NCBI GenBank assembly: GCA_046313635.1
Contig: JBKBYA010000007.1
Location: 32,001-96,000 of the forward strand
DNA: 64,000 bases
Direction: 5' to 3'
Source of the DNA: Pyrinomonadaceae bacterium
GTDB taxonomy: Bacteria; Acidobacteriota; Blastocatellia; Pyrinomonadales; Pyrinomonadaceae
This document shows, one piece after another, positions 42,199-51,012 of this stretch. The position numbers and the translations under genes are program-made. Below the pieces are notes generated by a model that had not been told where the DNA came from, searched no databases, and saw only the letters and a program-made list of their open reading frames with translations. Numbering within the stretch: position 1 is the stretch's first letter; the number at the start of each line of letters is the position of its first letter.

Positions 42199-43857
42199 GT
42201 GAAAACGTCGGCCCATCCATCGCCTGCAAGAGAGAAGCAGTTTACCTGCACCGAGACCCGGCAACGCGGTACAACGGACCTGAGGTTCATCTCCGAACTC
42301 GGCCGGAGCCTTCTCTTTACCGTTCATCCGCGCAAGGTCGCGCTCCGCGTCGCCGAGGCTCTCCGCACCGGGGTCGGCGCCGCGATCTGCGCCTTTGTTG
42401 CCGAGCCGGACAACATCGGTCTCGTGAGCTGTGCATTTGACGCGCGGGGCGAGATCCGCGATGCGGACTTTCTCCAGCGGTCCAGATTTGAGGAATGGCT
42501 GCAGCTGCTGCCGCCGCAGATCGGATATTCCGAGTCAAACCGCGAACGATTCCTGCTCGGCGGCGAGCACGCTGTCGAGTACGTCTCGCCTCTCCACATC
42601 AACGGCGTGATCAAGGGCGCGATCGTAACGGGCTTTGCCGCCGAGGCCGAGCTCGACGAGGCGGGGACACGGCTTATCGACGCCGCGACGCAGATGGCCG
42701 CGATGAGCATCAACCTCTCGGCCCATTACGAGACGGCGATCGACAATTCGATCAATCAGGCGCGAGAGGAGCATCGGCGGTTTACCGAGGCGGTCCTGGA
42801 CGCTCTGCCCGTCTCGCTGTACGTCGTCGATCGCGACTTCCGCATCGTGACCTGGAATCGCCATCGGGAGATCGGCGCACAGGGCATCCCGCGGCAATCG
42901 GCGATCGGACGAGACGTCTTCGAGGTGCTCGCCCGCTACCCGCAGGGCCGTCTGCGGCGCGAATTCGAACGGGCGTTTGCCACAGGACAGATCGAGCGCA
43001 TCGAACAGCAAACGATCGACGAGGACGGCACGACGCGGCATTGGATGGTCAGCAAGGTGCCGATGCGGGCACCCGACACCGACGAGATAACGCACGTCAT
43101 CACGGTCGGCGAGGACGTCACACAGCGTGTCGAGGCCGTTCAGGCCATCGCCCGCGCCGAGAAGCTTGCGGCCGTCGGACGCCTGGCCGCGGGCGTCGTC
43201 CACGAGATCAACAATCCGCTCGCGACCATATCCGCCTGCGCCGAGGCGCTCGAGCAGCGGGTCAATGAGGGCGCCTTCGACGGTACCGACGGACTTGAGG
43301 ACCTGACCGAGTATCTCGATCTGATCAAGAGCGAGGCCTTTCGGTGCAAATCGATCACGACCGGGCTCCTCGACTTTAGCCGTATGCGGGCCGGCAACCG
43401 CCATGAGCTCAATATCGGCGAGGTCCTTCGCTCCTCGGCAAACCTGATCTCGCACCAAAAGCGCGGCAATTCGATCGAGATCAGGCTCGACATCGCGGAC
43501 GATCTGCAATCGGTGGTCGGCGACAGCGGCCAGATACAGCAGGCGGTGATCGCTCTCAGCACCAACGCGATCGACGCGATGCCGTCCGGCGGCAGGCTTA
43601 CGCTGCGTGCATTTAATCAGGCAAACGGCGTGGTCATCGAGGTCGAGGACACCGGGCTCGGGATCACACCCGAAAATCTCTCCAAGATCTTTGAACCCTT
43701 CTTCACGACCAAAGAGATCGGGCGCGGCACCGGCCTCGGCCTCTCTGTCTGCTACGGCATCATCACCGATCACGGCGGCCGGCTCGCGGTACGCTCCTCG
43801 GTCGGCAAGGGTACCGTATTCTCGATACTGCTGCCGGTCGCTCCCCGAGCGGCGTAG
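42199..43857 (+). CDS. GAF/PAS sensor histidine kinase (NtrB-like)
   Basis: [47 protein letters not shown]. Confidence 0.93.
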   Translation: MKTSAHPSPAREKQFTCTETRQRGTTDLRFISELGRSLLFTVHPRKVALRVAEALRTGVGAAICAFVAEPDNIGLVSCAFDARGEIRDADFLQRSRFEEWLQLLPPQIGYSESNRERFLLGGEHAVEYVSPLHINGVIKGAIVTGFAAEAELDEAGTRLIDAATQMAAMSINLSAHYETAIDNSINQAREEHRRFTEAVLDALPVSLYVVDRDFRIVTWNRHREIGAQGIPRQSAIGRDVFEVLARYPQGRLRREFERAFATGQIERIEQQTIDEDGTTRHWMVSKVPMRAPDTDEITHVITVGEDVTQRVEAVQAIARAEKLAAVGRLAAGVVHEINNPLATISACAEALEQRVNEGAFDGTDGLEDLTEYLDLIKSEAFRCKSITTGLLDFSRMRAGNRHELNIGEVLRSSANLISHQKRGNSIEIRLDIADDLQSVVGDSGQIQQAVIALSTNAIDAMPSGGRLTLRAFNQANGVVIEVEDTGLGITPENLSKIFEPFFTTKEIGRGTGLGLSVCYGIITDHGGRLAVRSSVGKGTVFSILLPVAPRAA

Positions 43858-43914
43858 GGCCTCGCGGTACTGGCCGCCGCATCCTCACGCCCACGCCCCA
43901 AAGAGAATATTCAT

Positions 43915-45312
43915 ATGGCAAAACTTCTGGTAGTTGACGACGAAAGAAACCTCCGCCTCGTAGTGCAAAAAGAGATGTCCCGCCAGGGTCACGAGGTGAT
44001 CACGGCCGCCGACGGCGAAGAAGCTTGGGAGGCGCTCGAGGCGCGAGACTTTGACGTGCTGCTGTGCGACATAAATATGCCGCGGCTCGACGGCATGGGC
44101 CTGCTCCGCCGTTTATGCGAGAAGAGCCCAAATCGCCCCGAGGTGATCATGCTTACCGGGCAGGCGACCGTCGAGACCGCGATCGAGGCGATGAAGCTCG
44201 GCGCCTACGACTATCTCACCAAGCCTTACCGCATCGCCGAGCTCGGGGCCCTCGTCGAGCAGGCGGCTGAGAAACAGCGCCTCAAGGTCGACAATCAGCG
44301 GCTGCGGGCCCACGTCGAGCGCACCGCCAACTCCATTCCCGACATCGTTGCCCAGTCGCCGCAGATGAAGGAGGTCCTGCGTCTGGTCCAGCGCGTCGCG
44401 CCGTCGGACACTTCTGTCCTCATCACCGGCGAATCGGGCACTGGCAAAGAACTCGTCGCTCAGGCGATCCATCGGCTGAGCGCTCGCAGCGACAAGCCCT
44501 TTGTCGATCTCAACTGCGCCGCACTGCAGGACACGCTTCTCGAATCGGAGCTTTTTGGTCACGAGGCCGGCGCCTTCTCGGGCGCCAAGGCCCGCAAGCT
44601 GGGGCTCTTCGAGATCGCCGACGGCGGCACGCTCTTTCTCGACGAGGTGATGGAGATGCCGGCCCAGCTGCAGTCAAAACTGCTGCGGGCGCTCGAGACG
44701 CGCTCGTTCTACCGCGTCGGCGGCATCAAAAAGGTCGAGGTCAACGTACGCGTGATCGCGGCGACCAATCGCGACAAGGATCGCGCGGTCGCCGAGGGCG
44801 CGTTCCGCTCGGACCTGATGTACCGGATCAACAGCTTTGAGATCCACATTCCGCCGCTGCGCACCCGCCGCGAGGATATCGAGCCGCTGACCCGACATCT
44901 TCTCGACCAACTCAAGGGGCCGAGAGATTTGTCGATCGACGACGCGGCCCTCGAGGCGATGAAGAATTACGACTGGAGCGGCAACGTCAGACAGCTCCGC
45001 AACTGTCTCGAGCGGGCCGCGCTGCTCTGCGATAAAGATACGATCACGATCAAGGAGCTCCCGCCCGAGGTCGTGTATCGCGTCGAGCGGCCAAACGTCA
45101 ACGTCAGCTACAACGTCGCGGCGGCGCCTAAGACAGATCCCGTCCCATTCAGCAACGCCAGCCCGACCAACCTCCGCGAGGTCGAAAAGCAGCAGATCAT
45201 CGGGGCACTCGAAAAGACCGGCTGGCACCGCGGCAAGACCGCCGAGCTGCTCGGCATCTCGCCCTCGACGCTCTATCGCCGGCTGCGCGAGTACGGTCTC
45301 GACGCGAGATAG
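43915..45312 (+). CDS. NtrC-family sigma54-dependent response regulator
   Basis: Receiver domain; GESGTGKE, ESELFGHEAGAFSGA, LFLDE, WSGNVRQL, Fis-type HTH. Confidence 0.95.
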   Translation: MAKLLVVDDERNLRLVVQKEMSRQGHEVITAADGEEAWEALEARDFDVLLCDINMPRLDGMGLLRRLCEKSPNRPEVIMLTGQATVETAIEAMKLGAYDYLTKPYRIAELGALVEQAAEKQRLKVDNQRLRAHVERTANSIPDIVAQSPQMKEVLRLVQRVAPSDTSVLITGESGTGKELVAQAIHRLSARSDKPFVDLNCAALQDTLLESELFGHEAGAFSGAKARKLGLFEIADGGTLFLDEVMEMPAQLQSKLLRALETRSFYRVGGIKKVEVNVRVIAATNRDKDRAVAEGAFRSDLMYRINSFEIHIPPLRTRREDIEPLTRHLLDQLKGPRDLSIDDAALEAMKNYDWSGNVRQLRNCLERAALLCDKDTITIKELPPEVVYRVERPNVNVSYNVAAAPKTDPVPFSNASPTNLREVEKQQIIGALEKTGWHRGKTAELLGISPSTLYRRLREYGLDAR

Positions 45313-45339
45313 CCGAAAGAGCTCGGGAGCCAACTGAAA

Positions 45340-45978
45340 ATGAAAATGTCCCTCATTTTTTTGTCCGCGCTGTCTGCGCTGGTTCCCGTCGCTCTTCTGG
45401 CCCAGGAACCTGTCCCGGCGGCGACGCCGGACGCTGCGCCGACCGCGGTCAAGCGGACTCGCACCTTTGACCAGTTCGATCTCCCCGGAGGCGTTCAGGT
45501 CAAACCGGCGCAGGGACAAACCGACGGCCCGATCACGGTCGAGCTCGTGAATGCCGATACCTACGCGGGACTGCTGAAGCTGGTCGATTATTTTGCTCGC
45601 GTCGAGACAGAGTATCGAGCGACTGACGGTCAGGCGTTCGACCCGGTCAGCCCGGACCAGCCCGAACGCGCCCTGAGCCGTAAGCTCAACGCCATCTACC
45701 GCGTCACCGAGATCTACGGCAAGGGGCTGCTCGGCCAGGCTCCGCTGGCAAGCGCATCAAATCAGGCGCTGCTCGCCGAAGTTCAGATGATCATTCGTGA
45801 AGCCCTGGCGGTCGCCGCCGTCCGGGGCGACTGGACTCACAACACTGCCAAGCTCGCCGAGCTCGCCGACAAGTACGATGCTGCCTCATCAGATAAGCGA
45901 GTGCTCCTGACCGCAATGCTCGGGCAGCTCAATCGACGCATGACACGGCTCAAGGGCCAGATCGCGGTCAAGCAGTAG
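45340..45978 (+). CDS. Secreted hypothetical protein
   Basis: Signal peptide; host-like codon usage; no recognised motif. Confidence 0.65.
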   Translation: MKMSLIFLSALSALVPVALLAQEPVPAATPDAAPTAVKRTRTFDQFDLPGGVQVKPAQGQTDGPITVELVNADTYAGLLKLVDYFARVETEYRATDGQAFDPVSPDQPERALSRKLNAIYRVTEIYGKGLLGQAPLASASNQALLAEVQMIIREALAVAAVRGDWTHNTAKLAELADKYDAASSDKRVLLTAMLGQLNRRMTRLKGQIAVKQ

Positions 45979-46032
45979 GCGCGGCGGACAGCTGCGACGC
46001 ACGACGGCGGTACTCGAAAAAAATAGAACGAT

Positions 46033-48441
46033 CTAGTTGACGACCGAATGTCGATCGAGCAGGTCGTGGGCGAGCTCGATGACCGTCGACGGATCGACGG
46101 GCTTGGCGATGTGCAGTTGGTAGCCCGCGTCGATCGCCTTTCGACGGTCCTCGGGCCGGGCATAAGCCGTGAGGGCGATCGCGGGCACGGCCGGCGACCC
46201 CGACCGCCGCTCGATCTCGCGGACGTCGCCTATCAGGCTATAACCATCCTTTCGGCTGAGGCCGATATCCGAGACGATCAGGTCCGGACGCCGCACCTTG
46301 AATCTCTCAAGCGCCTCGTCGGCCGACGCCGCGGTCTCGACCTCTGACCCGCACTGTTCAAAAGCGAGGCGCAGCACCTCGAGCGTGTCCGGCTCGTCCT
46401 CGACGATCAGGACCAGCGAGCGGTCGAGCTGCGGAGGCCCCGCAGCGGCCGCCGCGGGACCGCTTGTCGATGTGTTGCCCGGCGGCGGCGCACCGATCGG
46501 CAGTCGAACGGTAAAGGTCGCGCCTCTGTCGATACCGTCACTCGCCGCCGTGACCGTTCCGCCGTGCAGCTCGACGATGTGCTTGACGATCGAGAGGCCG
46601 AGCCCCAGGCCCGAAAAGCTTCGCGTGATCGACCCGTCAGCCTGGCGAAATCTATCAAACACGAACGGCAAAAACTCGCTCTTGATCCCGCTGCCGGTAT
46701 CGCTGACCGTCAGCAGGACGTGCGACTCACTCGGCTCGAGCGTGACGTCGACGCTGCCGCCCTCGGGCGTAAACTTGATCGCGTTTGAAAGCAGGTTCCA
46801 AGAGACCTGCTGCAGCCGGTCGTGGTCGCCTGTGACAAAAGCCGTTGCGGACGCAATGTGCGTCGTCAATCTGATGTGCTTGGCATCGGCCGCGGGCCTG
46901 ACCGTATCGACCGCGGCGTGGACGACCTTTACGAGATCGACGCGAGAGTTATCGATCTGCAGCTTGCCGCTGACGATGCGCGACACGTCGAGAAGGTCTT
47001 CGATCAGCTGGATCTGAGACCGCGCGCCGCGCTCGATCGCAGCGACGGCCCGCTGCTGCGCGTCGTACGCTGAGGGGATCGACGACTGGCCGCCTTCTCT
47101 GAGGATGGCCGTCCAGCCGATGATCGAATTCAGGGGCGTCCGCAGCTCGTGCGATACGGTCGCGAGAAACTCGTCCTTCAGTCGATTTGCTTCCTCGGCG
47201 TGCTCGCGCAGGAGCCTTTCCTCGTTGAGTTTTTGTTCGCGTTCGCGCTCGTAGAGCTTTTGCTGCGTGACGTCGACCTGCGCGGCGATGCAGCCGAGCA
47301 CGTTGTCGTCGTCGTCGACGATCGGCGCGGCAAAGCAGTAGATCGATATGCGGCTGCCGTCGGCCCTTTCGATCTCGAGCTCCTCGTTGAGGATCGCCCG
47401 CTTTTGCGCGACGGCACGCTGCATCGGCAGCTCGTCGGCCGTGAGTTCTCTGCCGCCCTTGAAGTGACGATACGGCAGTCCGTGATGGTTCAGCGACACG
47501 TTATCGCCCGGCGCCATGCCGACCATCTCGGCAAGCGCGGGGTTGGCGACGATGGTATCGCAGCTTGCGTCCTGCGCGACGGCGATGCCGATCGGGGCCA
47601 ACTCGATTATCGTCTGCAGCTCGCGAATGCGCCGGTTAAGCTCTCGGTTAAGACTCTGTATCTTTAACTCGCTGGCTTTTGTCTCGGTAATATCGTAATT
47701 CACGCCCAGCAGTCTGACTCGGCCGTCGTCGTCACGAATGATACGCCCCTGCGTCGCGAGCCAGCGAACGCGGCCGTCGTCGCGGCGGCGAATGCGAAAT
47801 TCGCCGTAAAAGTTCGGAGAGCCTTCTTCGATAAGTCGGTTGATGTTCTCGAGGGCGACCTCGCGGTCCTCGGGCAGGATCAGATCGGCCCATCCCGCGG
47901 CGGCCGCTTCGGAGTCGCGTTCGATGCCGGCGAGCTGGTATATGCCGTCAGACCACTCGACCCGATCGGTCGCGAGGTCCCACTCCCAGATCCCGACGCC
48001 CACCGCGCTCTCGGCCAGACGGGCCCGTTCTTTTGCCTCGCGCAGGATCGCGGCGGCCCGCCTTGAATCTTCGGCAGCCTCGCTGCGCGCGGCGTCAAGC
48101 TCGCGCCTCACGGCCTGACGCGTCGTGATCGCCCAGGTCACGATAGTGCCGATCAGACAAAAAATTATGGTTTGCGTGAGACTGCCGCTGCTGAGGCTCA
48201 GCTCGAGTGGGGGCTCGATCACAAAAAGGTTCAAGGCCGCGGCGGCGATCAGCGTCGCGGCCACGCCGGGCCCGAACCCGCCGAGCAGGCTGGCAAGCAC
48301 GACGGCCGGAAAAGCGGTAACGAACGGCAGATCGCTGCCGAGCAGCGGGTTGAGCGCCGTGCGCAGCACGACACTCGCTGCCGCGAACGCGACCGCCGCG
48401 GCGTAGCGGGAAGCAATACTAGCGAGAAAACTGCCGACCAT
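46033..48441 (-). CDS. Hybrid sensor histidine kinase/response regulator (membrane domain, two PAS)
   Basis: TM N-terminus, GIWEWD PAS, FLATVSHELRTPL, NLLSNAIKFT, GLGLGL, C-terminal receiver. Confidence 0.95.
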   Translation of the reverse strand: MVGSFLASIASRYAAAVAFAAASVVLRTALNPLLGSDLPFVTAFPAVVLASLLGGFGPGVAATLIAAAALNLFVIEPPLELSLSSGSLTQTIIFCLIGTIVTWAITTRQAVRRELDAARSEAAEDSRRAAAILREAKERARLAESAVGVGIWEWDLATDRVEWSDGIYQLAGIERDSEAAAAGWADLILPEDREVALENINRLIEEGSPNFYGEFRIRRRDDGRVRWLATQGRIIRDDDGRVRLLGVNYDITETKASELKIQSLNRELNRRIRELQTIIELAPIGIAVAQDASCDTIVANPALAEMVGMAPGDNVSLNHHGLPYRHFKGGRELTADELPMQRAVAQKRAILNEELEIERADGSRISIYCFAAPIVDDDDNVLGCIAAQVDVTQQKLYEREREQKLNEERLLREHAEEANRLKDEFLATVSHELRTPLNSIIGWTAILREGGQSSIPSAYDAQQRAVAAIERGARSQIQLIEDLLDVSRIVSGKLQIDNSRVDLVKVVHAAVDTVRPAADAKHIRLTTHIASATAFVTGDHDRLQQVSWNLLSNAIKFTPEGGSVDVTLEPSESHVLLTVSDTGSGIKSEFLPFVFDRFRQADGSITRSFSGLGLGLSIVKHIVELHGGTVTAASDGIDRGATFTVRLPIGAPPPGNTSTSGPAAAAAGPPQLDRSLVLIVEDEPDTLEVLRLAFEQCGSEVETAASADEALERFKVRRPDLIVSDIGLSRKDGYSLIGDVREIERRSGSPAVPAIALTAYARPEDRRKAIDAGYQLHIAKPVDPSTVIELAHDLLDRHSVVN

Positions 48442-48656
48442 CCTGCCCCGGATGCCTGTACCTTGGACCGAGCTCGTTTGCCGTGAGTGCCTGGGGAAAC
48501 GCCAGACTCAAAAGTCGGGCGTTGCCAAATCTTAGCACACGCACCGCACGCTCGGCGTGATCGCGAGACGGCAGGCCCGAGATCCACATTGGACCGATGC
48601 GGCATACGCGGCCCTGCAGCCGCGCACCGGCCGGCGCCGTCGGAGCGTTTTTGAAA

Positions 48657-49286
48657 CTATCGGCCGACACCGCCGCCCGGGCGTACATAAAACATGTACC
48701 GTCGTTCGGACAGCGGGAGGAGCTTCTCGTCAAACTCGCGGCCGGCAGCTGCGAGAGCTTGGCGCAGCGAGTGACCGCCGAACAAGATCATCGGCAGCCC
48801 GCGCGACCAGCGAATGATCCGCGGCAGCTTGTCGACGAATTTATCGAGCGCGCGGCACGTCACGAAGTCGATCTCGAGAGGCTCGCGGACCTCTTCGAAT
48901 TGTCGATCGATGAGTCTTGCCCGCGGCTCGAGATCGAGGGCCCGAAGCGCGGCGAGCAGATATGCGGACTTCTTCTCTTTTGACTCGATCAGCGTCGCAT
49001 TTAGGTCACACCGCGCGATCAGGCACGGAATGGCCGGCAGACCGGCTCCCGTTCCGATGTCGGCAAAGCGCGAACCGGCGGGCAAGCGCTCGTTCATCAT
49101 CAGCGACTCGAGCACGTGCCGGGTCGCAAATTCCTCGGCCGTACAAGGCGCGACGAGATGGAGCATCGGATTGTGCCGCTCGACGAGCTCGTAAAACTCG
49201 CCGAGCCGCTCAAGCGCCTCGTCGGTAAGGTCGACACCAAAAGCCGCCTGGTTTGCCCGGATAGCGTCGATAAATCGTTCACGCAT
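48657..49286 (-). CDS. rsmG: 16S rRNA m7G527 methyltransferase
   Basis: RHVLESL, ADIGTGAGLPAIP, LIESKEKK, VTCRAL. Confidence 0.88.
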   Translation of the reverse strand: MRERFIDAIRANQAAFGVDLTDEALERLGEFYELVERHNPMLHLVAPCTAEEFATRHVLESLMMNERLPAGSRFADIGTGAGLPAIPCLIARCDLNATLIESKEKKSAYLLAALRALDLEPRARLIDRQFEEVREPLEIDFVTCRALDKFVDKLPRIIRWSRGLPMILFGGHSLRQALAAAGREFDEKLLPLSERRYMFYVRPGGGVGR

Positions 49287-49397
49287 GAAATGAGTCTATC
49301 GTGCCTTGCCGCCAACGCGTGCCGGCAGCCTAGCCGAAAAACAAAAAAGGAACAAAGACCTTTCGCCTTTATCCCTTCGCCTTGCGACTTTATTTTA

Positions 49398-49452
49398 TGG
49401 TGCGGACGAGAAGAATCGAACTTCCACTGCCTTGCGGCAACAGGCTTCTGAG
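49398..49452 (-). other. 3' half of tRNA-Leu(CAG): attachment-site remnant at island boundary
   Basis: Minus strand CTCAGAA-GCCTG-TTGCCGCAAGGCA-GTGGAAGTTCGATTCTTCTCGTCCGCACCA; similarity stops exactly at the 5' edge of the anticodon loop, with no D arm or 5' acceptor strand. Confidence 0.85.
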
Positions 49453-49518
49453 TCCGATATTTTGCCTCTTGACTATCAACAGGTTACGGCTGTAAACTAC
49501 TGATAACAAGAGGGTTAG

Positions 49519-49606
49519 CTGGACACTTCTGGACACTTAAGGCCCTCTTCACGACACCGGCGGACGGCTTTTCGGGTGGCTTTCTACCCGAAAATCTACC
49601 CGAAAA
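49519..49606. repeat. Two pairs of tandem direct repeats near att (candidate integrase arm-type sites)
   Basis: CTGGACACTT x2 (49519-49538) and TCTACCCGAAAA x2 (49583-49606). Confidence 0.6.
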
Positions 49607-49617
49607 GGAATTGGGTC

Positions 49618-50802
49618 ATGATAATTCCCGACAAGTACAAATCTCAGGGCTACTTCTCCCGCGTCACCAAAGAGCGAACGATCCGCAAGAACAAAGAATA
49701 CCAATACAGGGCGATCTTTTCCATCTGGGACGGTCAGAAGTGGAATACCCAATCGAACACCAAAGGCCTGACGACGAAGGACCTCGCCGACGAGTGGCTA
49801 GAAGCGAAGGTGAAGGAGTTGACCGAGAAGGGGAAGGACATAATGCTCAACCCCGAGACGGTGAAGGGGTTCACCGAAGCCCATTACAAACCTTTTCTGA
49901 GGGACCACAAGAAGATCCAGTACGAGCAGGAATTCCAGAAGCTGGATGTGATCTGCGAATTTTTCGAGGACAAGCTCATCGACGAGGTGACGAAGCTGGA
50001 CGTGTTGGCGTTCAAGACCTGGGTTCTGAAAAGGCCCTACAAGCGCGGCAAAGGGGAGAAGAAGCGGTCCGACGCGTCCGCGAATCGCTACCTGTCACGT
50101 CTGCGCGGCTTGCTGAATTTCGCCGAAGAGGTCGGCAAACGGAGGAGCCACATCTCGTTCAAGAACATCATCGCCAAAGAGGATCCGAAACAGTCTTACA
50201 TCTCATTCGATGAATTCATGCGAGTGCTGGACGCTTGCTACGAGGTCCCGAAGTGTAACCGATGGAAGCGGGATCGTTCGCACCTGCGCCTGACGCTCAT
50301 CGGCGGCTACACGACAGGATTGCGGATCGATGAGCTGCGGCACGTCGTACGCGGGATGGTGAAAACCGACCATTCGAGGCGGATCGGCGTGATCAAGTTG
50401 GTGATGAAGGATTCCCGGAACAAGATCCACACCAAGACGGTAGACGTTTCAACCTGGCTCTACGACGAAATGGAAGCGGCCGGCGTTTTCGAACGCGCGG
50501 ACGACGAAAAAGTGTTCGACACGACGAACTATTACAACCTGGTCAAAGATCTGTTCCGGCGAGCGGGGGTGAGCGACGACGTTACGTTCCACACGTTACG
50601 TGCGGCGAACGCGACGGAACGCGATACGGCGGGCCAGGATCGCGAATCGATCCACGCGGGGCTGGGCTGGGCGAAGGACAGCAACGTGCCCGAGAAGCAC
50701 TACCTGCGGCATCAGGACCACCATGTTATCGAGAAGGGTTCCCCCTACAATGAAAGGCTGCAGAGGTTAAGGCAACATCACTCCGAAAGAACCCCAGAAT
50801 GA
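49618..50802 (+). CDS. Tyrosine recombinase/integrase
   Basis: SANRYLSRLR, TGLRIDEL (R), FHTLR (HxxR), LGW, KHY (Y); next to att. Confidence 0.9.
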   Translation: MIIPDKYKSQGYFSRVTKERTIRKNKEYQYRAIFSIWDGQKWNTQSNTKGLTTKDLADEWLEAKVKELTEKGKDIMLNPETVKGFTEAHYKPFLRDHKKIQYEQEFQKLDVICEFFEDKLIDEVTKLDVLAFKTWVLKRPYKRGKGEKKRSDASANRYLSRLRGLLNFAEEVGKRRSHISFKNIIAKEDPKQSYISFDEFMRVLDACYEVPKCNRWKRDRSHLRLTLIGGYTTGLRIDELRHVVRGMVKTDHSRRIGVIKLVMKDSRNKIHTKTVDVSTWLYDEMEAAGVFERADDEKVFDTTNYYNLVKDLFRRAGVSDDVTFHTLRAANATERDTAGQDRESIHAGLGWAKDSNVPEKHYLRHQDHHVIEKGSPYNERLQRLRQHHSERTPE

Positions 50803-51012
50803 TTACGGGTTATTGGGGTCGAACGGGCTAAAAAACGGATTCTGCTCAACTTGACAGCTGTGCGAACCCAAAAGCGGGCGAATTCGCAAGAGTTCCGCAA
50901 AACCTTCTCCGCCACCATCACCGGATACGGATTGACACATAGATCAATTGAGCGAAGAGGTCGGTCCCTTTTTGCGCGGGCGGCGGACGCGTCGTGCCTC
51001 TATCGCGATGGA

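Noticed and set aside
49398..49452. Intact second tRNA-Leu gene
   Set aside because: The 5' anticodon-stem strand, D arm and 5' acceptor strand are missing; it is only a 3' fragment.
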